Below, piece by piece: positions 31,909 to 42,721 of a stretch of DNA of 64,000 bases; positions within the stretch are counted from its first letter, which is position 1; the number at the start of each line of letters is the position of its first letter. The notes under the pieces were generated by a model that worked only from the letters and a program-made list of their open reading frames with translations, was not told the DNA's origin and did no database searches. The position numbers and the translations under genes were made by a program. Where the stretch lies: the NCBI GenBank assembly GCA_963422375.2, contig OY729428.2, positions 128,001 through 192,000 on the forward strand, in the 5' to 3' direction. This DNA is from Bryobacterales bacterium (GTDB lineage: Bacteria; Acidobacteriota; Terriglobia; Bryobacterales; UBA6623).

Positions 31909-32265
31909 TCAGGCCCACTTGAGCGCGCGCTGGCGGAAGAGCCAGACGTACCCGGCAATCAGGATTCCTAGGAACACCAGCATTTCGACAAGGCCGAACA
32001 GGCCTAGCACGTCATACTGGATCGCCCATGGCAGCAGGAAGATGGTCTCCACGTCGAAGATGACGAATAGGATGGCGACCAAGTAGAAGCGGATCGAGTA
32101 GCGTCCGCGCGTGTCGTCTTCCGGCGCGATCCCGCATTCGTACGCCTCGAGCTTCGTCTTGCTGGGCGCGTAGGGGCGCACCAGTTTCGCGACGATGAGC
32201 GTGACGATCGGAAAGGCCGCGGCGATGCCGATGAATATCAGGATCGGAATGTACCCTCGGGGCAT
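31909..32265 (-). CDS. nuoA: NADH-quinone oxidoreductase subunit A (stand-alone)
   Basis: K..AYECG, FYLVAILFVIFDVE.IFL.PWA, three TM helices. Confidence 0.93.
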   Translation of the reverse strand: MPRGYIPILIFIGIAAAFPIVTLIVAKLVRPYAPSKTKLEAYECGIAPEDDTRGRYSIRFYLVAILFVIFDVETIFLLPWAIQYDVLGLFGLVEMLVFLGILIAGYVWLFRQRALKWA

Positions 32266-32884
32266 GCATGCCGATTATACAATTCGCCGATCCCTGATCC
32301 CGGGAGCGTTCTCGGGTGCCCGGGGCATTCTGGCGGAAGGACCCTCATGGGACGCGTTGATGGGCTAGCCGCGCCCGTTGCGGAATGATCGACGGCCTGC
32401 TTGGAAGTCGCGCCCGGACTGGCGCACTTCTCGCACGACGCGCCGGAGGCCGGTCAGATACCGGCGGATCGCTCCGCCAAGGATGGTTCGCCATCGGCCC
32501 GGAGGCCGATCCCAGGATTCGTCCGGACGGTCACGCAGCCGGCAGCGCAACGTCGCCTGCCTCGGAGACCGGCTACATCTCCCCCCTCCGGCATCCCTTG
32601 GACGCCAATGGCCAAGAACGCTTCGGGGCTCCTACGGCGTTGCGCGAACCGTCCGGACACCGCGGTTGCACCCGCCGAAGACAAGCCGACTCGCCATTCC
32701 GTCAGCCGCGCTAGTAGAGCCCTGCAGATGCGCCTTCATGCCCTTGACTGCCTGCCCCTCCGCCAGAATCCGACAGGATCGCTTGATTCCTGAAGTCTCC
32801 CGGGTGTGGAAGAGATCTCGGCGCGGCGTCGCCCCGGAGGCATCGCCATTGGTACCGGGCGGGCGGAGCGATCCGAGCGTGATG

Positions 32885-33742
32885 TCAGCCGACGCCTAGC
32901 GCCGAGCGCAGGGCCGACTTCATCGCACTCTCGTCAGGCGACTTTCCCGTCCACATCTCGAACGCGATCACGCCTTGGTAAACCAGCATCGACAAGCCGT
33001 CAAGCGTCGGAAGGCCCTTCGACCGCGCCATGGCGATCAGCCCTGTCTCGGGCGGGTTGAACACGGCATCGGCCACCAGCATGCCGGTCGGCGCATCCGA
33101 GAAATCGATGTCGGGCACGCCTTGGTCCGGGTACAGACCGATCGACGTGGCGTTGACCAGCAGGTCGCAGGTCGCTGGCACGACGAAGGTGCCGCGCCAA
33201 GGTTCGTAACGCACCGGCCCGCCGGTGGAGCCGCAGCAGTCAGCGACCATTTCACGGCCCCGGCGCTCGGTTCTGTTGACGACGAGCAGGTCGGAGACTC
33301 CTGCCAGAACGAGCTCCGTGCCGATCGCCCGCGCAGCCCCGCCGGCACCGAGCACGACAGCCCGCTTACCGGCTGGATCCATGCCCGCGTCCTTCCGTAC
33401 GCCGCGCAGGAATCCCTTGCCGTCGGTGTTCTCGCCGATCTTCCTGCCCCCATCCAAGCGGACCGTGTTGACTGCACCGATCGCCCGCGCCTCCGGGGAG
33501 AGGTCGTCTAGGTAGGGAATCACCGCGACTTTGTGGGGAATCGTAAGGTTTATGCCGCGCATTCCCAGCGCGTCGATCGCATCGATGGCCGAGCCGAGCC
33601 TCTCCGGGGGAACCTCGAAGTTCAGGTAGCGCCAGTTCAGACCGGCCGCGGCGAACCCCGCTTCCTGCATCACTCCGGTCGGATTCTCCGCCACCGGCTG
33701 GCCGAAGACCCCCACAACTTCGGCTTGGTAGTTGGCTGACAT
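32885..33742 (-). CDS. aroE: Shikimate dehydrogenase
   Basis: GINLTIPHK, IGAVNT, NTDGKGF, LGAGGAA, NATSIG, GLSMLVYQG; start could be 33742 or 33745. Confidence 0.9.
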   Translation of the reverse strand: MSANYQAEVVGVFGQPVAENPTGVMQEAGFAAAGLNWRYLNFEVPPERLGSAIDAIDALGMRGINLTIPHKVAVIPYLDDLSPEARAIGAVNTVRLDGGRKIGENTDGKGFLRGVRKDAGMDPAGKRAVVLGAGGAARAIGTELVLAGVSDLLVVNRTERRGREMVADCCGSTGGPVRYEPWRGTFVVPATCDLLVNATSIGLYPDQGVPDIDFSDAPTGMLVADAVFNPPETGLIAMARSKGLPTLDGLSMLVYQGVIAFEMWTGKSPDESAMKSALRSALGVG

Positions 33743-34559
33743 CATTCCCAGTTTATCGCCGTCGCTGCCCTCGGCGGCTGATGAGGGCCGATCCCGACTT
33801 GTAAGTCCATCCGCCTGGAATAGGCACGAGTCCCTGCGCCGTCACTGAAGGAGACTCGCGGCAGGCCCGTGCCGACCGTTGCTGCGTGCAAGACCGGCGG
33901 ACGTGATCCCAGTCTCGCTCGCATCGGCCGAGGCATGGCACTTGCGACTGGACTGGGTGCCGCGGAGGGATGAGACCAGGCCTGCACAGAGTCTCGGAAT
34001 TCTTGCTCATGGATGCCAATAGGAACGTGCCTCTAATCTGCTCCCCGGTCCGCTGGCGAGCTATCGCGGCAACCCCTCGCCGACATCCAGCCTTGAGGCC
34101 AAGCCCACCGGACCACGCTGTCAGGCGAGGACTGAGACGCATGTCCGGCGATGCCGACCACTAGCGCTCGCCCGCAAGTCGTGCCGCCACGCGTCAATCA
34201 CCCGCCAGAACTTCCGTTCCTTCCCATTCCCCCGAGAGGACGGCCGCCAGCAGGAGCCCATCCTCTTCCGACTCAGGCGATTCCGCGGAGACGAACTTTG
34301 GCACACCCCTAAGCCTAGAACTATGCTATGGTGCAGTGAAGGGGTGTTCGCGTGGATCCCCCGTCGGTCAGACGGCTCGATTGCGTCTGTGACCACGCCC
34401 TACGATTGGGAACACACGCGGCATGGCTGCCGGCACGCTAGACGCCATCGAGGAGCCGCTCGTTGGGCCATACCTGGCAAGAGCGGTCACGGAATCAAGC
34501 AAGTCCCATCAGTTGGGAAAACCGGCCAGTTCTACAACCATCAGAAAACTCCCCGTACA

Positions 34560-36255
34560 ATGCCAAAGGGTATACTAGTCATTCCTCACGACTCTCTCCA
34601 TGGTTACTCTTGTTCTTTCCCTGACGATATCGGCCCCCAGAATATTCCTAATGCCGCTTTGGTGTTAGCAAGCGAAGGCTCTACTGAAAAGATGGCGCCC
34701 ATTCAACTCCGAAGTGCGACACGCGGGTAAGGGGCGGTGGGCTGGGATACTAGGACCACAGTAGCAGATCCAGCGGCGCCGGACAAGCCGCTGCCGGGCC
34801 GAAGCGGGGGGCCGCGTCCCGGGCAGGCGGGCATGCGTGCCCCGTTTCCGGAACGGGGACCCTCCGGGCCTTGCGCAGGGAGCGGAGCGACCGCAGCAAG
34901 GCCCGGAGGGTCGAGTCCGCGCCTGTCCGGGCGCAGCTCCCCCGCGCCCCTGTCCGGGGCGGCGGGCTGCCAGCCCTGCCTCAGCCCCGCGGCACCCGCT
35001 CCCGCTCCGCCGGGAAGACTTCCTCCGGCGTGCGCCCGCCCGGCACCTTCCGCGGACGCCGGTTCAGGCGGTCCCGCGCCTCCCGCACCCGGGCCGGGTC
35101 CACTCGCCGCAGGTCCGTCCCCTGCGGGAAGTACTGCCGCGGCAGCCCGTTGGCATGCTCGTTCAGCCCGCGCTCCCAGGAGTGGCAGGGCCGCGCGCAG
35201 TAGAAGCCCGCCCCCAGCCGCTGCGCCACCTCCCGGTGCCTCCCGGTGCCCCGCGAACTCCTTGCTGCGAACTCCTTGCCGTTGTCGGCCGTGAGCGTGT
35301 GCGTCACGGCCCCGCTCCCTGCGAGCATCCCTGCGAGCATGGCCGTCATCGCCGCCCCGACCAGCTGCGCCGTGCGCCGGCTAACCGGCTGCACTAGCAG
35401 GTACTTAGAGAACCGGTCCACCAGCGTCACCAGCGCCCCGCGGCGCTGCCCGCCGATCACGGTGTCGGCCTCCCGGTCGCCGCCGCGCGCCTTCGCTCGC
35501 GCCTCCGCCGGGCGCTCCGCGATGTCCGCGCGCCCCGGGATCAGGCCGCGGCCCGCCGTCCGGCCGACCCGCCGCACGCGCTTGCGGCCGCCCTGCCTCA
35601 GGTGCCGGTACAGCCGGCCCCCCTGCCGCCGGTCCGCGCGCACCAGCTGGTAGATCCGTTCAGGGCTGATCTCCAGCGCCCCTTCCCGCTGCAGCCGCGC
35701 CGCGACCTGCTCCGGGCTCCTGCTCCGGGCTCCTGCTCCGGGCTCCTGCTCCGGGCTCCAGTCCTGCCGCAGGCAGTCCTCGCTCCGCGTCCGCAGCGCC
35801 GACGTCAGCTGGCGCGGCCGGCACGACGCCGCGCGCCGCCGCCGCTCCGCGCGCTCCCGCGCGCTCCCCCAGCTGTAGCTCGCCGCGCGCTCGCCCTCCG
35901 CCGGTCGGCCGTTGCGGCCCACTTCCCGGTAGATCGTGGCCCGCTTGCGGCCCGGCTGCCCGGCGATCCTGTCCGCTCCCCAGCCCGCCGCCCGCAGCGT
36001 CTCGCTCCGGCAGCGCTCCTCCTGCGTCACGTGCGTGTAGCTCTTCCGCATCTGCCTCCCTGCTCCTTCCAGCACCTACCAGCCTACTGCCGCGACACCA
36101 CCGGTCGCTGCCCCCCTCTCCCCTCCCTGCCATCTTGTGGCTCGGCGCCTGTCGCACTTCGGAGTTGAATGGGCGTGGAGATTATTCCGTATGAAGAAGG
36201 AGATCGTGGATATCACTGGAGAGAGGAAGACAGCGATTGGACAGAATCAGCGTGA
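34560..36255 (+). pseudogene. Small low-GC ORF (about 70 aa) split by IS30 copy 2
   Basis: Removing 34696-36175 plus one TGG joins MPKGILVIPHD...TEKM to EIIPYEEGDRGYHW...TESA*; its TGA overlaps the GTG of the next gene. Confidence 0.45.
34696..36175 (-). mobile_element. IS30-family element, copy 2 (open transposase frame 34981..36075)
   Basis: Perfect 26-bp IR CGCCCATTCAACTCCGAAGTGCGACA; 3-bp TSD TGG; near-identical to copy 1. Confidence 0.93.
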
Positions 36256-38115
36256 CTGGACCTAGGGAAGAAGTACTGACGTGGCAAGTAATGGCTTCTG
36301 GAATCAGTCTACCAGCTGGATCATCCATGCATGAGTATGTTGAATCGAAGAGAATTGTGGCATGGAGAGATGACAAATTGGAGTACGTTTTTCCAGCTAG
36401 ACAAATCGACTCTGAAGGACGTCTTCCTGACGGTATTGAGACAGTTCTCCATTGGATCGGTAACGGATATTCTGCGTGGACTTGGTTAACTGGGCCAATT
36501 GAATGGGAATTATATATCTGAGTGCCGACAACGCCATATCCGACTAGAACTGCTGTGAGCAGGGAGGTGGGTGTCGAGCTGGGGTCATGCGAGTGCGGCC
36601 GCGGCGGGCACAGAGGGGTGGGGGGTGGGATCGTATCTGAAGCGAGCCTGCCAGCGGATTGGACGAGGAAGGGACTGGAGAGGCCGCCTCGCATGCCCCG
36701 GTTGCCCCGGTTGCCCCGGTGGCACCCGGTTGGCGGTGGCAGGGCACCCCTTGCAAGCCGCTTGCAGGCCCTGCGAGGGCCGAAGACAGCGGATCCCCGG
36801 CGCTCGACGGCCTGCATGGACGGTCCGGGCCGGACCGGGGTCGCGCCGGGGCATGCCGGATCCGGTGCGCCCCTCGTACCGAGCGTGCAGCGCGCGCCCG
36901 CAGCGGGCTGCCGCGCTCGGCGCGGCGGGCGCCGCTCAGGCCGCGACCGCGGCCTTGCCGGTCAGCTGCCGGTAGGTCAGCGTCCGGCCGACCAAGCCCC
37001 GCGCCATGCGCCGCATCCGTTCCGCCGTGTCGCAGTCGCGGTCGTTGCGCCGTCCCGCGAACTCCGTCAGGTAGCGGCCGAGATGACGGACGCTCATCCG
37101 GTGATAGGTGCCGTACAGGCCGCGCTCGAACAGGGACCCAAACGATTCGATGCCGTTCGTATGCGCTGCCCCGCGCACGTACTCGCCGCCGGAGTGCCTG
37201 ACGGCTTCGTGCGCGAACTCCGCCATGCCGGCGCAGGCCGCCGCCTCGTCGGAGCGGAGCTGCGCGCCCGGCGCGACCCGGCCGCGCACGAAGCCCTGAC
37301 AGGTCGCCCTTGGTCGCGCCCGGCAGCGGCCGCGCGGCCGCTGCGTTCGTGGCGCGGTCCCGCGCCCCCGCCACGGGCGTCTTGCCGACGGGCCCGCGCC
37401 CGGCGCGGGCCTTCTTCCTCTCGTGCTTGTTGCGCTCCTTGCCGCCGACGCAGGTCTCGTCCACCTCCACCGGGCCGGCGAACGGGCCCTGATCCCGCTC
37501 CCGGCACGCGCGGATGCGGTGCGCCAGGTGCCAGGCCGACTTCCGGCTGATGCCCGGGTCGCGGTGCAGCTTCATGCTCGAGACGCCCTTGATGCCGGTG
37601 GTCGGCAGGAACAGGGCGACGGCCCGGGTGCGGTAGCCGAGCTCGGTGTCGGCCGTCACGCTGCCGGTGCGCACCGAAAAGCGCTTGCCGCAGCCGCGGC
37701 AACGGTACGGCATCGAAGGGTGGGCCGCGTCGGACTGCACGCTGGAGCCGCGGCAGCGGGGGCACGCGGGACCGTCCGGCCAGCGCATGGAGGCGAACCA
37801 CTTTTCCGCGGATTCGTCATCGGGGAACATGGCGATCACTTCGATCAATGTGATGCCTTTACGGAACCACTTTCCGGGACCTTGTTTCTTCATTTACGGT
37901 ATCCCCTACTGGAACTATTCTACCAAGAAACACCACAGAATGTCAACGGAAATTCGGAAGAAATATGAAATCTTATTATGGCTTGATAATTTCCCGACTT
38001 GATTCCCTCGGCACTCAGATATATAATTCCCAATTGAATCCCTTGGCGGGAGTGTTTCTCTTGACTTGCTGCGAGACGGGAAGGCACTCCTAGTTGAAGA
38101 TGCTGCAAAGAGTTA
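36252..38115 (+). pseudogene. Xre/MbcA/ParS-type antitoxin gene interrupted by IS1595 (36505-38031) and clipped by a second IS at 38116
   Basis: Rejoined frame ...RIVAWRDDKLEYVFPARQID..G...GIETVL....SAWTWLTGPIE|SLGGSVSLDLLRDGK..LVEDAAKS matches the WL..P...LGG..PL.LL..G motif. Confidence 0.7.
36505..38031 (-). mobile_element. IS1595-family element (GGGAATTAT ends), transposase 36936..37893 frameshifted near 37290
   Basis: 24-bp IR GGGAATTATATATCTGAGTGCCGA; 8-bp TSD AATTGAAT; Zn ribbon, VEVDET, SDE, HTNGIES. Confidence 0.92.
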
Positions 38116-39098
38116 CCTGATTACCCACAAGACTCAGCCAAGGTTAGGAGGCGGTAAGGCCTGGGCGGGGTGCGCACGGAGGCGTGGAGCAGGCGGGGGA
38201 CCAGCGCCTCGAGATCGTAGCGGCGGTTGAAGCGGTAGCGGAACTCGGCGAGGTAGCGCGGCAGGTGCTTGCCGTCGAGCGCGTGGCAGGTGCCCGCCAG
38301 GGACTGCTTGACGTTCGCCAGCATCGTGTTGACCCGGACGTTGACCCGGACGAAGCGGGAATCCGCGCAGCTCCGCTGCCCGCCTCCGGTGACGGTCGGC
38401 ACGTGCTCGCAGCCGGCGTCGGCCACGCCCCGCAAGCAGGCCGGGCCGTCGGCATGCACCTCCGTGCCGGGCTGCAAGTGCCGCCCGGCCCACGCTGCCA
38501 GCGTCTTCTTGCGCAAGCCCGCCACGCTGGCCACGCTGCTCATGCGCATCCTTGCCGGCTTGCCGGCGGCGGTGACCTGCACGGCGGCCACGAACGGCGT
38601 CTTGCCCGCCGCGCCGCGACCGCGCTTGCCGCCGCTCCGCTCCCCGCCCCGGTAGGCGTCGTCCACCGGCACGATGCCGCCCGCCGGCACGCGCTCGTCG
38701 CGCTCCTTCATCACTTGCAAGAGCTTGTGCTTCATCTTCCAAGCCGTGTTCCGGCTCACGCCCGGCTGCCGCGCCAGTTCCAGCCACGAAACGCCGTGCT
38801 GGCCCTGCGTCAGCAGGTGGATCGCCAGCAACCGGACGGTTAGCGGCAGCTGGGTGGCGGCCAAGATCGTGCCGGCGGGAGCCGCACTCCGGGCAGCGGA
38901 AGCCGTCCGGCCAGCGGGCGTTGAAGACGGCCTGCTCGCATGGCCCCTCGCTGCCGTAGCGCTGCAGGAACTTGCCCAGGCTGAGTCCCTTCTGGAATTG
39001 CACGCGATTGCGTTTCAGCTGCTAGCCCCTTTCCTATCAGAGACTTCCGATCTCCTTTAGTATAGCATATCCTCGGCTGAAGCTCGTTGGTAATCAGG
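38116..39098 (-). mobile_element. IS1595-family element (CCTGATTACC ends), copy A, internally deleted
   Basis: IR CCTGATTACC at both ends; VDDAY.GG, GKTPFVAAV, RYLAEFRYRFNRR; flanks AAGAGTTA / TTCAACAT do not match (no TSD). Confidence 0.9.
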
Positions 39099-39469
39099 TT
39101 CAACATTGCCAGCACGGGCAGCCCAATGCAGCGGCATGGCCTTGTGACTGTCATCGGAATCGACCAAAGCACCGGCGTCAAGCAGAGCAGCCACGGCATC
39201 GCCCCTGCGTCCCGAGGCAGCATACTGAGGGGCGCAAAAGTCTTTTCGGATCGGCCAGGCCAGAATGTACTGGCAACTGGGTTCCCAAGCAGTCTGCTAA
39301 GAAGGAGGCCTTCCAAATTCGAGTACGCAATATACTGTGTAGATAGTTACGGTATATCACAATATGCAGGCCTAAGTTCGAGAATTCAAGACTCTATCTC
39401 TGCGCTGCTATGATGACAGACTGAATCCGAAGTCGACTGAGTATGGCCCGTATCTTGGGAAAAGACTTT

Positions 39470-40371
39470 CCTGATTACCAACGAACGTCAGCCGAGGATA
39501 TGCTATACTGGAGGAGGTCGGAAGTCTCTGATAGAAAAGGGGATAGCAGATGAAACGCAATCGCGTGCAATTCGAGCAGGGACTCAGCCCGGGCAAGTTC
39601 CTGCAGCGCTACGGCAGCGAGGGGCCATGCGAGCACGCCGTCTTCAAGGCCCGCTGGCCGGACGGCTTCCGCTGCCCGGAGTGCGGCTCCCGACGGCACT
39701 GCCGCATCCGCTCCCGCAAGCTCTGGCAGTGCCATGCCTGCCACCGCCGGACCTCCCTCGTCGCCGGCACGCTCTTCGCCGCCACCAAGCTGCCGCTAAC
39801 CGTCCGGTTGCTGGCGATCCACCTGCTGACGCAGGGCCAGCACGGCGTTTCGTCGCTGGAACTGGCGCGGCAGCCGGGCGTGAGCCGGAACACGGCCTGG
39901 AAGGTGAAGCACAAGCTCCTGCCAGTGATGAAGGAGCGCGACGAGCGCGTGCCGCCGGGCGGCATCGTGCCGGTGGACGACGCCTACTGGGGCCTACTGG
40001 GGCGCGGCGCGGCGGGCAAGACGCCGTTCGTCGCGGCCGTGCAGGTCAGCGCCGACGGCCAGCCGGCAAGGATGCGCATGAGCAGCGTGGCGGGCTTCCG
40101 CAAGAAGACGCTGGCAGCGTGGGCCGGGCGGCGGGGATTCCCGCTTCGTCCGGGTCAACACGATGCTGGCGAACGTCAAGCAGTCCCTGGCGGGAACCTG
40201 CCATGCGCTCGACGGCAAGCACCTGCCGCGCTACCTCGCCGAGTTCCGCTACCGCTTCAACCGCCGCTACGATCTCGAGGCGCTGGTCCCCCGCCTGCTC
40301 CACGCCTCCGTGCGCACCTCGCCCATGCCTTACCGCCTCCTAACCTTGGCTGAGTCTTGTGGGTAATCAGG
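39470..40371 (+). mobile_element. IS1595-family element (CCTGATTACC ends), copy B, internally deleted
   Basis: IRs at both ends; 8-bp TSD AAGACTTT (39462-39469, 40372-40379). Confidence 0.92.
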
Positions 40372-40761
40372 AAGACTTTTACGCCTCTCAGTAATGCAGC
40401 GGGGTCGCACCGTTTCTGTCGCGAGCCTCACGTTCAGCAGAAGCGGCAAGGAGGGCCTTGATTACCTCAGCGTCCCCACCAAACGCACCGTATTGTAGCG
40501 GAATGGCATTCTGTCCGTTCAAGGCACCAACTGGCGACCCAGCGACGAGCAAGACCCCCGTGGCCTCATCGCTGCCCTTCAAGGCTGCATCGTGGAGGGG
40601 CATGTCGCCTCCGACCGTCGCGCGCATCAAGGTCAGCACCGACATCCATCAGGGCCTTGACTGCGTCGGCCTGACCTCCCCCAGCGGCCCGATGAAGCGA
40701 CGCGGACTTGTGTCCGTCAGGGGCTCCGGCGGAAAGTAGGGCGCGGATGGCTCCATAACTA

Positions 40762-41016
40762 GTGCCCGTGACAAAACTCGTATCCCATTGACAACAAAGG
40801 CGTTAGGTCCAATCTCTCAAGGCGAAGATTTCGCTGGAATGCTACGACTAATCCGAAATCCTGGCGATTCTGGGCAGAGCGCGGAAATCTTCGCGATTGG
40901 CGTCTGAGCAACTTCCGACCTTGGGTCCTATATGTTGTGTTTGGAGATCCATCCGACCTCAGGATGTAGTATGCAATGCTGATCGGGCCAGAATTCAGGG
41001 GTTTTGTCACAAGCAC
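40762..41016. mobile_element. MITE of about 255 bp
   Basis: IR GTGC(CC/TT)GTGACAAAAC; flanking repeat TAACTA; excision restores the ankyrin frame HDAALGGS|YGAIRALLSAGA. Confidence 0.8.
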
Positions 41017-41215
41017 TAACTACCTCCCAAGGCAGCATCGTGGAGAGGCATGCCTCCCTCGTCGTCGGGTACATCGCAACGGGCCCCAGCGTCAAGGAGA
41101 AGCCTGACGACTTCTTCGTCACCGTTCAGTGCTGCTGCGTCAAGCGGTGTTCTTCCCATGGGTCCGCAGAGTCCGGAACATCCAGTTAGAGCACTTCCCG
41201 ATCGATGCCCTGGAT

Positions 41216-42652
41216 CTAGACGATTTCTTCAATGACGTGCCCATGCACCTGCGTCATTCGCTCGTTGCGCCCGAGATGCGGGTACGTGAGCTTGTACTGG
41301 TCGAGGCCGAGCTGATGCAGGATCGTGGTGTGGATGTCCCGGAAGTGATACGGCTTCTCGACCGCCCTCAGCCCGATCGCGTCCGTCGCGCCCACGGCTT
41401 GCCCGCCCTTGATGCCGCCTCCGGCCATCCACATGGTAAAGCCTAGGTTGTGGTGGTCCCTGCCCGCGCTGCCGTCCTTGCGCGTCTCGGCCTCGGGCGA
41501 ACGCCCGAACTCCCCGCCCCACAGCACCAGCGTCTCGTCGAGCATGCCGCGACGCTTGAGGTCCTTGAGCAGAGCGGCCACCGGCTGGTCGGTCTGCGCC
41601 GCCATGCGGAGGTGGTTCTCCTCGATGTCCCGGTGTGCGTCCCACTGGAGTTCCCCGGGCCCGCCCCCGGATACCACGGTTACGAAGCGCACGCCCTGCT
41701 CCACCAAGCGCCTCGCGAGCAGGCAGCGGCGACCGTAGTCGTGGGTGGGCTCCTTGCCCACGCCGTACATCTCGAGCGTGGCGTCCGATTCGTTCGACAG
41801 GTCGAAGATGGCAGGCGCCTCGGTCTGCATCTTGAAGGCGAGGTCGTACGTCCGGATGCGAGCGTCGAGTTCGTCGTCGCCCTCTTCGATCGCCGCCCGG
41901 TTAAGCGTCTGGATCAGCTCCACCGTCCTCTTGCGCTGCGCGAGGCTCACGCCCTCGGGAAGGTCGAGGTTGAGCACGGGCCGGTCGCCCGGGCGGAATG
42001 TCGTCGGCTGGTAGACCGCCGGCAGGAAGCCGTGCATGTACATCGGCTGGCCTGCCTCGAGCGCGCCGTCCGGGTCCGGCATCACGACGTAGGCAGGCAG
42101 CGAACGCGCTTCGGACCCCAAGCCGTACACGACCCACGATCCCATGGACGGGAAGCCCGGTACGATCCGGCCCGTCATCAGCTCGTACTGCGCGGCGGAA
42201 TGGACCACCATGTCGCCGTAGCAGGAGCGCAGCACCGCGATGTCGTCGATGCATCCGGCCGTATGCGGGAAGAGATCCGACACTGCGATGCCCGACTGCC
42301 CGTACTTGCGGAAGGTGCGCTTCGAACCGAGCAGCTTGGCGTCGGACTTGACGAACTGGTACTTGGCCTCGCCGAACTCCGCCGGGCGTGGCTGGCCGTG
42401 CAAGCGGTTGAGCAGCGGCTTCGGGTCGAATGTCTCGATGTGGCTGGGCCCGCCAGCCATGAACAGGAAGATGACCGCCTTGGCCTTGGCGTCGGGCCGG
42501 TGCGCCGGCTTCGGGGCGAGCGGATCCCGCGGCACGGCCCCGCGCAGGGATTCGTCGCTCGCGAGAGCGTGCGCCGCCAGGTAACCCATCCCGCAGCAGG
42601 AGTCTCTCAGCAGCTCGCGTCGCGTTCGGGTCCAGCGGATATGGCCGCGCAT
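41216..42652 (-). CDS. DUF1501 domain protein (Tat-like leader)
   Basis: TRRELL; AKAVIFLFMAGGPSHIETFDPKP, WDAH, GEFGRSP, GRDHH. Confidence 0.9.
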   Translation of the reverse strand: MRGHIRWTRTRRELLRDSCCGMGYLAAHALASDESLRGAVPRDPLAPKPAHRPDAKAKAVIFLFMAGGPSHIETFDPKPLLNRLHGQPRPAEFGEAKYQFVKSDAKLLGSKRTFRKYGQSGIAVSDLFPHTAGCIDDIAVLRSCYGDMVVHSAAQYELMTGRIVPGFPSMGSWVVYGLGSEARSLPAYVVMPDPDGALEAGQPMYMHGFLPAVYQPTTFRPGDRPVLNLDLPEGVSLAQRKRTVELIQTLNRAAIEEGDDELDARIRTYDLAFKMQTEAPAIFDLSNESDATLEMYGVGKEPTHDYGRRCLLARRLVEQGVRFVTVVSGGGPGELQWDAHRDIEENHLRMAAQTDQPVAALLKDLKRRGMLDETLVLWGGEFGRSPEAETRKDGSAGRDHHNLGFTMWMAGGGIKGGQAVGATDAIGLRAVEKPYHFRDIHTTILHQLGLDQYKLTYPHLGRNERMTQVHGHVIEEIV

Positions 42653-42721
42653 CGCCTCGCTCCAGCCCCATTGTACAGGCGCAGGCAGCCCGACGGCGCT
42701 CGCTACAATGGATAAAGGCGG

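Larger units (their letters stand above)
39099..41170 (-). pseudogene. Fragmented ankyrin-repeat protein gene
   Basis: Repeats GRTPLDAAALNGDEEVVRLLLDAGA, GMPLHDAALGG, MPLHDAALKG, NGATPLHY*, AVAALLDAGA...AMPLHWAARAGNVE; split by a MITE, IS1595 copy B, frameshifts and stops. Confidence 0.85.

Noticed and set aside
32270..32880. 600-bp gap between nuoA and aroE as riboswitch or small gene
   Set aside because: No riboswitch consensus or convincing ORF recognised
35706..35757. 13-bp tandem repeats (also near 58677-58730) as a CRISPR array
   Set aside because: No spacers, units too short, inside transposase genes, no cas genes
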